DNA of 63,179 bases, filler included, from Octopus bimaculoides (taxonomy: Eukaryota): NCBI RefSeq assembly GCF_001194135.2. It is 4 parts of 4 records of this genome, joined end to end, with 100 filler letters (N's around TTAATTAATTAA, not from the genome) between each part and the next. Parts side by side here need not be neighbours in the genome. Positions count along the whole stretch, not along the records: positions 1 to 28,505 come from NC_068981.1; 3 more parts are not named here. The stretch is one strand, 5' to 3'. Position numbers and translations under genes: made by a program. Shown here one piece after another: positions 11,626-24,849 of this stretch. The stretch's first letter is position 1; every line of letters starts with the position of its first letter. The notes under the pieces are model-generated. The model was not told the DNA's origin, searched no databases, and saw only the letters and a list, made by a program, of their open reading frames with translations.

Positions 11626-13485
11626 TATACAATAATGGATGAAAATACGTTTAATATTTTGTCTTTTGTACCTTTCAAGTGATTCTAGAAAATATAGAAA
11701 CTTCTCCAAATGTTTCTGATTTTTTTTTTTCTGTTTATAATGTTCCTGATGTTAATCTATTTAATGTCAATGTAACCTAATACAACATTAGTTGAAAATA
11801 GAAGTTTTATATTGAGTTTTCGGTGAATTAGCTAAAAGCCCTTTTTTTTCTTTCCTCTGCCAAAGAAAATACATAATCAATATCTAAGGGTGTGGTGGAT
11901 TACGAGATGTAATTTTAGAATTGATAATAAACTGACAACGGCCTCCTACTGTGGTGGTAAAATATTATTAAGTTTTGACTAATAATAAATATTTTGTTAT
12001 TAGAAATAACTTGCTCACTAGCTATGTTGATTATACTGAAATATATCAAGGCCGTGGGGGGGCAGGCAATGAAGAGTCATGATGACACTAAAAATTTACA
12101 GAAAAATCTCAATCCAATATGCAGCTTTGCTGATACTGATGAAAGCAAACATGTAATTCAATACTGGAAAGTTTCGAACCCTTCCCTATCAGCCTTCTAA
12201 CACATTCCAACAAGGATACATAAACAAGAACACACAGAACACAGTGAGATTGGAATCTCAAATTCAGAATCAATGCGCGATCGGAGAATTGTAATGAGTA
12301 ATGACTCATCGCTTCCTTTACATGTAACGAAAACAATGTACAGACAACTGATATGATCAATTCCAAGAGCTTGTATAACTATAGAACTAGAAGTCATATT
12401 GATTTTGTGTTATCAATTGTCCAGATTATTACTCCCTTTTCAGGTTCATTCGTAAGTGTCAAACTCACTACTGATCTGGAAACAATCCAAACATTATTGC
12501 TAATAAGAAAATACCGAGCTTCAGAGAATTCGAAATTCTACTTCCTAGGACTACAGAAAGTGAAAGATAGATAGTAGAGACTTAGTATTTTATATTTGGG
12601 AAATCTTCGAAGTACTAATATCAAATGTTGTGTGAATGCCAAAACTATGTGTTACTGAATGCTACCAAAGGTTGCACTTCCTTCCCCACCCATGAGCTGA
12701 GGAGAGATATGGTGTTAGCATGCGATTCAACTAACCACACTGGAATAAATGTTAATAAACTACAAAATACTTGGATATTTAGTGAGAAGAATCTAGATGA
12801 CACTACATCACAAAAAGTATCTCTGATGACAGCAGTGTAATCAACCTCCTCTGGTCAATAAATACAAAGAACAAGAGAAGTTTTCAGCACCATTGGTGGC
12901 TCTACTTTAATATAGTCATTGCAGCCTCATATCTGGAACCAATGAAATTTATGTTTAATCCAATGACAGCGAATGAAAATATTGCGAATGGGCAAATTAT
13001 GTGTACGAGTTTTAAGAATGATATTCTAAGATTCTAAGATTCCAGAAGCTTTCTTAACGAAGTCTCTTTATGTGTGTGCATGCGTGCGTGTGTATTATAT
13101 ATGTATGTATATATGTTTATATGTATATAGAGGCTTAGTTCACATGTGATCTAAACGGATAGGTATGCTGGGTAAGTGTTGTAATGGATTACTAGGGTTC
13201 CAAGCTCGTAACCGAGGCAGGAGTTATGGAACTATGGAACTATTGTAGATTTCTGATACAGGAAAACAAACATCAAGGCAAAATATTCTCAAGTCATACA
13301 TGTTATTATTATTAAAATTAATTAAGCAATTTTGAAAGTTTTACAGCTGTTCCTGAGATATCCCAAAAACATGTGGAATACCCCATCATCGGAGACAGAT
13401 GGTGAGAAAGTGAGAGGAAACGATAGAGAGGTGTAAGAAAAAGAGAAAAAATGAAAATCCTGTTGCTTATTTTGATTTTATATAT

Positions 13486-14033
13486 AATCAAAATAAGCAA
13501 CAGGATTTCAAGTAGTAATGCAGCACGACCGTTTCAAGCGGCTCCATTTAATTGAACAATGCAATCATTACATCAATTTAAATACAGCGCTATCTTCCGC
13601 TGCACAAAGAAATATGGAACTTGAACAGATAAGACACATTAATATAATTTTTCTTAAATATTTTAACAGAGCAAGAAGGTGGAAGAAATTCATGTTGTCG
13701 CTATTGAAGCAAGAATGGCTAAGAAAACAGACTACAGTTTCTTAGAATAGCAAGTGGAGTCATAAGGTTTTAATTCATTTCCAATTTATTTTTCTCTTTA
13801 TCATCTACTAAAATCTGAGACAAGAAGACTGTATATTCAAAATAAAGAGCAAAAGTGAGTTGTCATAGGTACCTCTTTACTCACAAGAAGAAAGAAACAA
13901 AACTTTATAAAGAGTCAATTAGCTAGAAGTAACTGTATTTAAACTGATGTGATGATTGCATTGTTCAATTAAATGGGGCCGCTTGAAACGGTCGCACTGC
14001 ATTACTTCTTGAAATCTGTTGCTTATTTTGATT
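13486..14033. mobile_element. MITE/foldback-like element with about 101-bp imperfect inverted arms
   Basis: 13486-13587 is the reverse complement of 13933-14033 with a handful of substitutions and one 1-bp indel; no convincing internal ORF. Confidence 0.75.
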
Positions 14034-14121
14034 TTATTCACCTTACTTCGAGCTGTGCGGATAATATCAGACTGACTTGGTGCTTCAACTTAAGAACCTG
14101 ATTAATTTGAATCTTAATTAC

Positions 14122-14317
14122 GTTTAGAAAGGTATAACAATGCACTATAGAACAAAAAGTGGACTATATACCTGTTGTAACTTGGTTATCTATAGTCCGA
14201 TGATATTTCGGAATTACAATTCTAATTCCGAAATATCATCGGACTATAGATAACCAAGTTACAACAGGTATATAGTTCACTTTTTGTTCTATAGTGCATT
14301 GTTATACCTTTCTAAAC
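14122..14317. repeat. Near-perfect 196-bp palindrome (95-bp arms, 6-nt loop)
   Basis: 14122-14216 is the reverse complement of 14223-14317 with one mismatch (GTGGACTAT vs GTGAACTAT); loop CAATTC. Confidence 0.97.
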
Positions 14318-14365
14318 TTTTTATTCTTTACAAACAATACACAATGCTTCAAGCGAACTACAATA

Positions 14366-14430
<65 letters not shown>

Positions 14431-17400
14431 TTTATACTCTTCAACACGTACGTGATACTATTTACAAATGACACCATTGCACACTTAACTATACAGTACT
14501 GTACTCACACACCGATATCTTGTCTCCTCCAATTCAACTCCCACCTTCTTTCTTTCCTTTGTTTTCCCTCTCCATTTCCTTCATTAACTCCACAATTATT
14601 CTAACAACAACCTTAATTGTTTCCACTTCTGGCTTTACAATCCCATTCTCCAACTCCTTTTTTACACCAAGCCTACAAAACAAACATCGTAACATCAATA
14701 TCGCTTGTATTTCTTTCCCCAGTAACTCTTATTTGCTTAACTTTTATTTGATAAATAGTATTATGCGAAAAGTTAAATCCTTTTCTATTCCTTTCATTTG
14801 ACTATTATTTTCATTGTACACACTCCGTAATTCTTAGTATTTTGATTCATATTTCTACGCTTTTTCCACTTAGTGTTTTATTTGTTTGCCTCCTGCTTAA
14901 TTCGTAAATTTTTTATAATTTACATGTGACTCTCAGCTTGTAGACAAATGTATGCGTATAGTATGAAGGCCCGTGACCTTGTCGTTAATGTATTGGACTC
15001 TCGTTAAAATATCATGCATTCAATTTCTGGATCGGGCACATATTTTCCCGTCGCTCCAGTCTATTAACTTAAAAATGAATACTAGCTATCATTAATGAAA
15101 CCCTCTCTCCCTCCAGCTGGCATGGTTTCGATTTTCTGCTGTTTCAAGGGTGAAAAGGTTAAGAGGGTGTTTATGTCTGCTCATAACTACATAGGCGCCT
15201 AAAACGACTAACGAAAGTTTGGTACCAGCTACAAGCTTGCAAGTGACGGCTAAGGCTTTAAGTTAAGCTTTATATATGTGAGTCTGTGTGTAAACGCACA
15301 CATACATATATGTGAAAAATAACTAGCACGACATTCAGGTGGCGTACACCTGTGATATATTGGTCTCCTGTCCAAGTTTAAATGTTTCTTTGTCATCCGT
15401 TAATTCTACAGAAACTAGAGTTTAGAGCAAGCTACGGTATTGACTGTTTAGTAAAGGGATTTAATTTTTTACACTTGTTTTGAGTTTTTTTTTTATCTTT
15501 TAATGTCTTAGGTACCAATTATATTTTAAGCTTCAGTGTCTAGAAAAGGGAATGGCAGAAACTCTCAAGTACCGTACTAAGTTCTTCAACGTATTTATTT
15601 CCAACTCTCAAAGTCTTGCTGGATTATTCAAATTCCGCTATTCTATTCAAATCGCAATTCACATTTGTGAGGACCGATGCAATTATCGAAACTCTTATCC
15701 TTTTCCAAACAAACCAAAACAAGATCCGTGAATTTGCGTCGATATAAGATATATTTTTTGATTTTTAGTGATTAACAAAGGCTAATAAGTAAGAAAACTC
15801 CCGTAAAGATGAATCAGCTACATAGTTTCAATCCTCGGTTAAACCATTTGGCAATTTTTATAACGCTAATGCGCTTACAATAAATATTAACGTCATTGTA
15901 TCGTATTACCCATCACCTAAGTATATAAAACGACGTGCCTAATCAAAAAGAGAGGAATTGTTAACAAACTAGCAATTTACCTGCTGTTAATGAGGTATAC
16001 TGAAATCATGTCACTGATTATTAATTATTAGAAACTTTATTAATGTAGAATTGTTTCTATAAATCATACAGATTATTATAGAGTTATATGAATTATCATT
16101 TTGCATATGTGCACATATGGAAATCGAGAACGGAGTATGACTTGAATGCAAATATTATTGTAATATTTCAAATTTTAATGAGAAAATCTAATTGATGTAG
16201 AATTTAAGAAAAGAAATTACACGTATTACGAGACGTAGAGACAAGCGAGAAAGATTAACTTGATTTAGAGGAAGAAAAAGAAATCAGCTTATAAACAAAT
16301 GACTGTGAAATTGAATATTTCAGAAAGGGCACGTTTATCGACCAACTCAAATGACTTTCTACAGGATGCATTATATCAAGCTAGAAATTGTAGGTGGCAT
16401 ATCATTGCAAATTATAAAGCGGTACGTTTTGTTTTAATTTATAACTGCTTACAGCTGAAGGTTGTAGTTCTAAAATTGGAACTAAATCGCCTTGAAATGA
16501 TTTTTAATAATCTAGAAGCAACGTGAATTCTAAATGTCTTTCAGCATCTAGTTTGATTAGCAACTTTTTTGGAATCAAATCCTACAATAATTGGCTTTAC
16601 CTTTTACTTCTTCGGAAATAAAAATATATATATATACTAATGCATTAAAGTTAATTCAATGTCATTTATCATGTTTTTTAATCAAAAACTGAAGCTCCAA
16701 GAAAACCAGTTCAGTGAATATCTTACATTCCTCAGTTATAGTGACATCGTTGCATTCCTCAGTTGTAGAGCTTAAGTCTCTAATGCCTTTTAAGGAAAAT
16801 GCAAACGTTATGCAACTACTATTACTATTCTGTATTCCTGTAACTTTGATGTATTGATTCTAAGTAAGAAACTGATATATTTTCCAATATGTCCCTGTTG
16901 AAGGCTATTCAATACACCTACGCGACAAATCCCATCCATCAATTTTCTTTTCTTCTGAAATATAAGATTTTATACTTAATCAAATGAAACCAGTACATTA
17001 TCTTCAATAAACTATCCTCATCTAATGAAATAATATCTCATTCTTAAGACTCGAAATAATTCTGTTCTTTCACGTTGCCTTTTACAAAAATATTTAAACC
17101 GAGGTTTTAAGCATTGTTTGATAGGTATCGATTATTTAGATCAGGCTCAAAGTTACATTTGTTAGTGCTATAATAATATTCATTCTTTTGGCATTTCAGA
17201 ACTCTAATATACTTACAAAATATACACAATGAGTATCTAAATGAAGTGCGGATCACAAAGCAAATGAAATCATATTTTAAACAATGTTAAAAGAATAAAA
17301 TTATAGCTGAAATTTCATATACACTTTCAACAATCCAAAAGACATGATCTGTCACTTGCCCACTATAACCCAAAGAAAGCTTAAGAAAGATTTTAAAATC

Positions 17401-17459
17401 TCTGGCCCTGAAGCACATTGCATGTCTTATGTATCAACGACGTAACCTGATTAACTTGA

Positions 17460-19210
17460 TTAACGCCAGTGATGTTTTAGATTTTATTAATTTTGCTTTA
17501 AATATATTTCATCATAATCGATCTCTTGTTCTTTTTTTTTTTCAGGAGATAGATCTGGCGGATCAGATATTCTACAGTTTCTTGTCTATGTCGATTGGCA
17601 TATCTCAGAATATGACCGTATTTTAGTGTATATTTTTATCACTTCTTTTCTTTTAGCATTTCAGAACTATAGTATGATAATCCAGTATAAGATAGCCCCA
17701 ATTCTGCCAAGCAAGATTTCTCCCTTTAGTTACAGCTAAGTAGCCAGAAGCAATATGGATAAGTTTTTTTCTTCTCAACCTCCATGTACTCCGCTGTTAT
17801 GTAATGTTTTAGTCTTCCTTTTATGGTTTCGGTAGCTTCTAGTGGTAAGGATTTGATCCTATTTCGTAATAATGAATCCTTCAGAATCCGTCAGTTTCCG
17901 TCTTGAGTCCAACTTTTTTTATTCTATATCTAATTCCTTCATTGATCATGAAACCACATTTTAGTTTAGTTTTTAACTTTTCCCATTTTTTGTTCTTTTT
18001 TCCTCAAAACTGTGTGCCATTCATGCCGCTTTTTTTTTCTTGTTGGCTTCCTTGAAGACTGAAAACTAATTTTTTTTTTTTTTTTTTTTTTGCTTTCTTC
18101 ATGCCTTACAGTTATTTGTTTTAGTTTTCCATTGTTCTTTAACAAGATATTTTTGTAGCATTGCTTTCTTTTTTAGCTCTACTTCCTTATATTAGTGATG
18201 ACTATAAAACTTTCTATATCAGATTTCGAGTGATGTAATCAATATTTTTCTTGTTTTCCTGTTTAGTCTTACTAATTCATTTAGCGTCTAGTTGAAATAT
18301 AGAATAACTGAGCTTATTACTGGGATAGCTAGACTATTGGCGCCTATTACCTTTTTTTATACATTTAGCTCCGCTTTAATTATTAGTTTTAATTTAATGC
18401 CACTATAATATTGTTCCCTAACTTTTTTTTTTCGTTTGTGTGTCTTGTATTTCTGTCTAGTTCATTGATTCCTAAATATTGGTTAGTCTATATGTGTTCA
18501 AACTCTCTTGTCTCTTTTCATCAGACATAAAATCAATATTCTTAATAAATTTCTCGTTTTCGAGGGAGTTTTGGTGTATTTTTCTAATCCAAGATTCGTA
18601 CTAATTTCAATAACAAACCCAGCATGTTAAAGATCTGTAGTTTTTAAGGCCTGCTGCTTCATTAATCTTGTGTATTCAGATAGTTTTCCTCTCGGTAAAC
18701 TAATCAGCCGTTGTCTCTGGTTCATTTGGGATCTTATTAAACATTTCTACTAACACGTGTCCCAATTAAATTCTGAAAACAGGAGTCTGAAATTTTATCA
18801 TTTCATTGTGACTTCTAGTTGTTTGTTCTGAATAGTCTATGACTTGTTTCTTTTAACTGCATGTCCTACGGCAATTTTTCAGGTTCGCGTTCGTTACATT
18901 GTACAATCACATTTGTGATATTCCTCACAGTGCATGCTTCTTCCCAAAATTCTTCTTTTTCTTCTGCTAATGGTGCTGTATTGATTTCTGCTTTGTTACT
19001 TGTTTTACTTAGTTCTTTATAAAAATCGTCTGGTATTGGAGTTGGACATTTCCTTCATGGAACCACTTGTTGCATTTCATACTAACGAAGTCTTTAAGAT
19101 TTAGCGAGGATATCTTATCTCTGGAATTCTTTGATTTGAGATATTGCTTTTTATATCCATAATGTTTGCTTATATATCTTGTAACAACTGTGTCTGCAGC
19201 ATATACCATT
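17460..19210 (-). mobile_element. RLE-type non-LTR retrotransposon (R4/Dong-like), heavily decayed with internal deletions
   Basis: Minus-strand pieces: EEKEEFWEE; STNLGLEK; YLGINE-like; ANSLAIPVIS...TLNELVRLNRKTRKIL; KSDIESF; GLKTETDGF..FIITK*DQILTTRSYR; IHIASG; NTVIF*DMPIDIDKKL. These follow the RT, zinc-knuckle, RLE order of R4-clade ORFs. Confidence 0.82.
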
Positions 19211-19387
19211 TCGTTTATATCATTTCGTTTATGCAGGCTAAAATAATAATGTTCACGTCTATTTTAATTAAGCCTGTAATGATCGATATATTATTCTTTT
19301 GTTTTCTTTACCATTTTATCATTGCTTCTAATCCCTAATCCCTTAGTGGCACTTTTGACAGGTAACCTTTTGATTTTTTAATCTCAA

Positions 19388-19659
19388 TGCCCAGTTTTAT
19401 ATGGCGTAGTGGTTAAGAGCGTGGGCTACTAACTCCAAGATTCCGAGTTCGATTCCAGACAGTGACCTGAATAATAATAATAATAATAATAATAACAATA
19501 ATAATAATAACATCGAAAAATACCTTAGAAATGAGAACCCAGGTTCGAAATTTCCCCAACACACCTGATGACGGCTGGAGGGTATATCAGCCGAAACGTT
19601 GTGGTAACAACAAACAAGATGACAAATATCCGTCAATTGTAAATAATGTAAATAATGTT
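19388..19659 (+). mobile_element. tRNA-headed SINE with internal (TAA)n and a 3' hammerhead motif
   Basis: A box TGGCGTAGTGG (19402-19412), B box AGTTCGATTCC (19446-19456), (TAA)n about 19471-19510, hammerhead core at 19565, short tandem tail TGTAAATAATGTAAATAATGT. Confidence 0.82.
19562..19603 (+). ncRNA. Minimal type I hammerhead ribozyme motif inside the SINE
   Basis: Stem I CAC/GTG (only 3 bp); core CTGATGA (19565-19571) plus one extra nt; stem II GGCTG/CAGCC; GAA (19593-19595); palindromic stem III ACGT; GUU triplet. Confidence 0.65.
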
Positions 19660-19881
19660 GTAATATTAAGTATCTAGAGGCCTAAATATACTCCCACATT
19701 TCTTTTTAGTAATATTTTGGATTGTTTTGCGCCGTTCTAGTTTAAGGTTTATTTGGGTCAGTATTTCTGCAGGTGTCGTAAGGTTTACTTTAAAATGTTT
19801 TTATTTTCGTTGTTTTTTGTTCAATATATTTTGTTTTCGTTTACATTATTTCTTTCAAGTATTCCATTCAGTTCGTATACT

Positions 19882-19927
<46 letters not shown>

Positions 19928-20407
19928 NNNNNNNNNNNNNNNNNNNNNNNNNNNNNNNNNNNNNNNNNNNNNNNNNNNNNNNNNNNNNNNNNNNNNNNNN
20001 NNNNNNNNNNNNNNNNNNNNNNNNNNNNNNNNNNNNNNNNNNNNNNNNNNNNNNNNNNNNNNNNNNNNNNNNNNNNNNNNNNNNNNNNNNNNNNNNNNNN
20101 NNNNNNNNNNNNNNNNNNNNNNNNNNNNNNNNNNNNNNNNNNNNNNNNNNNNNNNNNNNNNNNNNNNNNNNNNNNNNNNNNNNNNNNNNNNNNNNNNNNN
20201 NNNNNNNNNNNNNNNNNNNNNNNNNNNNNNNNNNNNNNNNNNNNNNNNNNNNNNNNNNNNNNNNNNNNNNNNNNNNNNNNNNNNNNNNNNNNNNNNNNNN
20301 NNNNNNNNNNNNNNNNNNNNNNNNNNNNNNNNNNNNNNNNNNNNNNNNNNNNNNNNNNNNNNNNNNNNNNNNNNNNNNNNNNNNNNNNNNNNNNNNNNNN
20401 NNNNNNN

Positions 20408-20448
<41 letters not shown>

Positions 20449-20874
20449 ATATAGAACAATTAGAAAGATAAATTGTGTTCAACGCATAGATACTGAACAG
20501 TATAGATATAAAGGATAAAATCCTTTTTTCTTTTTAAAAGCAGTCGGCAGCTAGCCATATATATATATATGCATGTATGTGTATGTATGCACGTATGTAT
20601 GCATGCATGTATGTATGTATCTATCTATCTATGTAAAGAGAGAGTGGGGTTTTGAGAATATATTTTCTTAATTTAGCTAGTCGTTTCGGATCCAGTGTTA
20701 CGTTGAGATGAAAGCTACGTTTTCTCTGTGGTAACTTAGTATTTTGCAGTGCTGTGCGGCTGTAAAATTCCTGTGAAATAGAAACTTATACCTATTCGGC
20801 TTTATTTGTGAGATTTGAAGTGTCAAGTACAACCTTTTACTTTGATTGTCATCCACTTTGATCTAAACTGGTCA

Positions 20875-20937
<63 letters not shown>

Positions 20938-22818
20938 CGATGCTGTCTTCTACGCACCCACTTTTTCCTATATCTTACGCATCAAAGCAAAGTGTGCATT
21001 CCCCTTTTAACTCTTTTAAATAAAATGTGTAAGATACACATTTTATTTCTATTGTTTCATATTTTGCTGTACAGGAGAATTGAATCGGTCTGGTGTTCAT
21101 ATAACTCGCGCTCCGTTAGTATTTACACGTAGTATCCGTTTGCAGACTTGCACGAACATTTGTAAGACGTCACTTATATGAGATAAAGATAAATTTCGGG
21201 AGTAACCAGCATATTACTTCATAAGTGAACCATCAACGCTTTTATCATGTAGATTCAACTTGATTCGTTGATATTTAATCGGTACTAAATATTTTTCGTG
21301 CGAGTCGGCTAGCAGTCTACTATGTCAAGCATTTTAATGGCATCAGTCCAATGTTAGAAAATGTTATAAGTATTATCGGCAACAATAAACAAAAGTTGGT
21401 CATGTATCTACATCTCGTGACTACAAATGTACAGCTTATGGCAAACTATACACCTCTGCTACAAATATGCAGGCTCGTATTAAACTTTTCTCCAGCGAAT
21501 ATATAGCTTCCTGTCAAACTATGCCGCTTTACACTAAAACATATTCACAATCTATGGTCTGGAAGAATCGTTAGTATCACAGACAAAATTTTCCTATGGC
21601 ATTCAGTTCTCCTGGATAAAATATCAGTATAAGGCAGATTAAATTCAGAATTCCAAGCCAACAGATGCTCTCTTTAATTTTACAGTGATTTCACTCTCTA
21701 CATCAATGGTTTTGTATATCTTTGCAATATTGGATGGCTTATCATTGAAGTGTCGTGTATCTCGTTCAAGGAGATATCACATTTGTGGTAACAAGATACA
21801 ATCTGACGACCTGTTTATTAGTTGTCCAATTTTGTTGCACGATAACAGGGACCTTTTTTTCTTTTTATAGGATATCAGTGACGCCTACTAAATGAACTAA
21901 TATACGAGGGGTAATTAAAATGTAACCGAATCACAAATTTCACTTACCAGGAACTAACTGCTTTTTTTTATGCCATTCATCCCATCTCATGGGCATTCAT
22001 AGAAAATTATCACTGTAATTATCTCATTATTATTCACTTCAAGGCTTCATTAATCAGCTAATTATTATTCTATTCATCTATTGAATTGGAAGAGAATAAG
22101 ATGAGAAAGAAAAAATAATATTTTACCGCCTGTTAGTTGATTAATGTATTGTTTCAATCTACAGTGAAGTTTCACAAATGAATATAATCACAGAATAGTT
22201 AAATAAATGGATATTGTATATGTGTATAAAGAAAGGTGAAGGCCGAAGAACAGAGGCAATCAGTAGATAGCTTGTTTTAAAGACTGAGTTTCGATTCTTT
22301 GCTCTGATTCACATATATAGTAAGTCCCTATTAGTTACTTCATTGTTATTGTTCTGTAGCTCCAAATAAGCCCCACACATTGTGCAGAACTCTGTCCAAA
22401 GGCATTACAGCTGTGACTGTTCAATATTTTTAGTTGCAGTATATCTCAGACTACACTATAATATTTGTTTTATGTTAAAATTGTAGAATATGGTTTAAAA
22501 GTAATTTTGCTGCTATTTCAACCAGGGTAACAACCACTTACAGACTCTCTGAATAAAACAATGTTATAACATCTTACTGAGGTGACTTCATCCTTGTTTG
22601 GACTTTATCGATTCAGTTACTCATTATCGATACGCTCGCAAAAAGTGAAGTATGTATGTCGTACATATTTATTATCCCTTTTCTAATAAATATGAATGTG
22701 ATATCTGGTCGAAGAGTTGAAAGTCTAAAGGCTCGTGGTCGGAGAGGCTTTGTTTTCTTCCCAATAACTATAACTGTGCTATGACACTTTACGAGGGTAA
22801 GTCACCTAGCCTGAATGT

Positions 22819-23070
22819 AAAACCTTACCTTCTCGAGTCATACCAACTCATAAGGGCCGGTTTCCCGTTTTCCATGGCGTATAAATTACCCACCTGGACG
22901 GGACGCTGGTCCGTCGCAGGATTACTCGTTTTTTCCCAGCTGAGTGGACTGGAGCAACATTAAATGAAGTGTTTTGCTCAAGAACACAATGCGTCACCGA
23001 GTCCAGGGATCGAAACCATAATCTTACGATCATGAGTCCAACACTATGACCACTAAACCACGCGTCTCCA
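22819..23070 (-). mobile_element. tRNA-derived SINE with CORE-like central segment and 8-bp TSD
   Basis: Minus-strand head GGAGACGCGTGGTTTAGTGGTC...GGTTTCGATCCC, then TGTGTTCTTGAGCAAAACACTTC; CTGAATGT at 22811-22818 and 23071-23078. Confidence 0.88.
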
Positions 23071-24849
23071 CTGAATGTCTGAATGTCCCCAGTTGTAAGT
23101 AGGACTCTCGGAATTTTTAGATTCGACACTGTAAAGAACAGTGCTGCTATAAATTGAAATATTGTTCAGTTGGGTTACAATTCTTAGTTCAACTCCCGTG
23201 AATTTAGTCTTCTCTGTGGACGGTTAAACTTCTGTGTGAGCTGAAGTCTGTCTTCAGCCGCACATCTACGACATACTCGATGATGAGATTCACCATGTAA
23301 TTCTGAAGCGTTAAGTTCGTGTGGAAAAGGAGACACACGTTAAAAGGCTTTGCAGTACAATGAATACTTTCATTCTTACACACAAGGCTCTTGTATACTG
23401 TATGTAACTAACACAACCCTAAAATAGCTTTTACGTCTCGAATACATCAAAAGCAAAAACTGTTTGAATAAATGTTAAACCCTAAAGCACATAGATTACA
23501 ATGCCCGCAGGCCTTATGAAGCATTATTCGCTACTTAATAACCATAATGTTAAAGGAGAGAAGTGTAGCCGATTACATCGTCTTCTTTATATTAATGGGG
23601 CATATTTTCTCAATCTAACGCAGATAAAAAAAAAATCATCAAGAAATGACCCGGTACTGAAAAGGACGCTACATGGTATTTAATACGAGAGTGAGTCAGA
23701 AAGTAATTCAGTCTTTATTTGCATCACATTTTAACTCCCTTCAGTGTATACGAGAGTTAGTCAAAAAGGAATGTAAATAAAAGTTGCATTATTTTCTGAC
23801 TCGACCTCGTACGTTACACTTGAAACAGTCAAAAGATTGTGTAATGTTCGAATTTTTTCCTAAAGATTTCTGTTTCTTTTTATTGCGCACAATATTTAAG
23901 ATTCACAGGAGAGCAAAACTACAATATTACAATTGTGAGGTCCATGTCGTTTTGAACACTAGCTCGTATGTAAATGATGTTAAATTAAATTACATCAGCG
24001 AATCGAAACCGAGTAGTGGACTCAGCTGCTAAGTAGCTTATCGCTAGTCAATTGTGCTGTTTTCCGCTTTAGAATTTAGCATCATTAATGACAAAGCATT
24101 GGATTAATTACTTTACTTCCTGAAGAACAGAATCTCATATCCATACGACCACTTCTACGAACACATATATCGAAGTGTCTTGATTAGATTCCCAACACAT
24201 CCTAAGGCTAACGTGCATTCTACAGACCTTGACTCATATACAGATTATCAATATTAAATTTACATACAGGGCCTAAAGGATGACCAGCTTAGAAGTAATT
24301 GTATAAGCATAGAGAAACAAGATTAAAATGATTTCCCATGTGGGAGGCACACATTTACATGAAAATGGTGTTTCATTTTGCGTCGTATACGGAATTACAG
24401 TTGCTGTTCATTTGGAAATCTCTCGTTCCCTGCCATCATTACATTATGTTGCTATTTGGCTTATTTTTGTATACATTTGTTCTATTTCAGTTTTTGTGGA
24501 GCAAGAATCACACATAACCACTGATTAACCAAGGTAGTGAAATCCTGTGTCTGACAGAGCACAAGCGTTTCTTGAAAAAAAAGCTCATATTTCATTTTCG
24601 TACAAACAGATCAAATAGGGATTTACAGTTCACTTCCTTAATAACTTGGTCTTCGACTAGATTGCTTTAGCAGTGGAAATTTTTGTGTAATTACTTTACA
24701 CAATGTTCCCACAGTCAAAGCAATCTGGAGTTTTTTTTAATTTCCAATGTTTTCTAAGAAAACGAAGCTGAAACATAGAGACAAGTTTCAGTGTATCCTT
24801 TCTTGAACTTCACCATAACACTAACTTCGGTAATACCGACCAAGACAAC

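Noticed and set aside
11900-13020. Mitochondrial insertion (NUMT) or Cys-loop receptor pseudogene
   Set aside because: A TGA-rich hydrophobic minus frame suggested this, but I found no diagnostic motif of COX1, CYTB, ND subunits or nicotinic-type receptors.
19395-19470. Functional tRNA gene (also heads at 1011, about 14965, 23070, about 62075)
   Set aside because: A and B boxes are present, but there is no complete cloverleaf with acceptor stem or T-run terminator; these run into SINE bodies or are decayed.
21686-21790. Candidate exon after acceptor TCTCTTTAATTTTACAG
   Set aside because: No convincing donor and no recognisable peptide in either open phase.
21902-21930. Mariner-like TIR starts TACGAGGGG (here) and TACGAGGGTAAGTCA (about 22790)
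   Set aside because: Both face the same direction, with no partner TIR or transposase.
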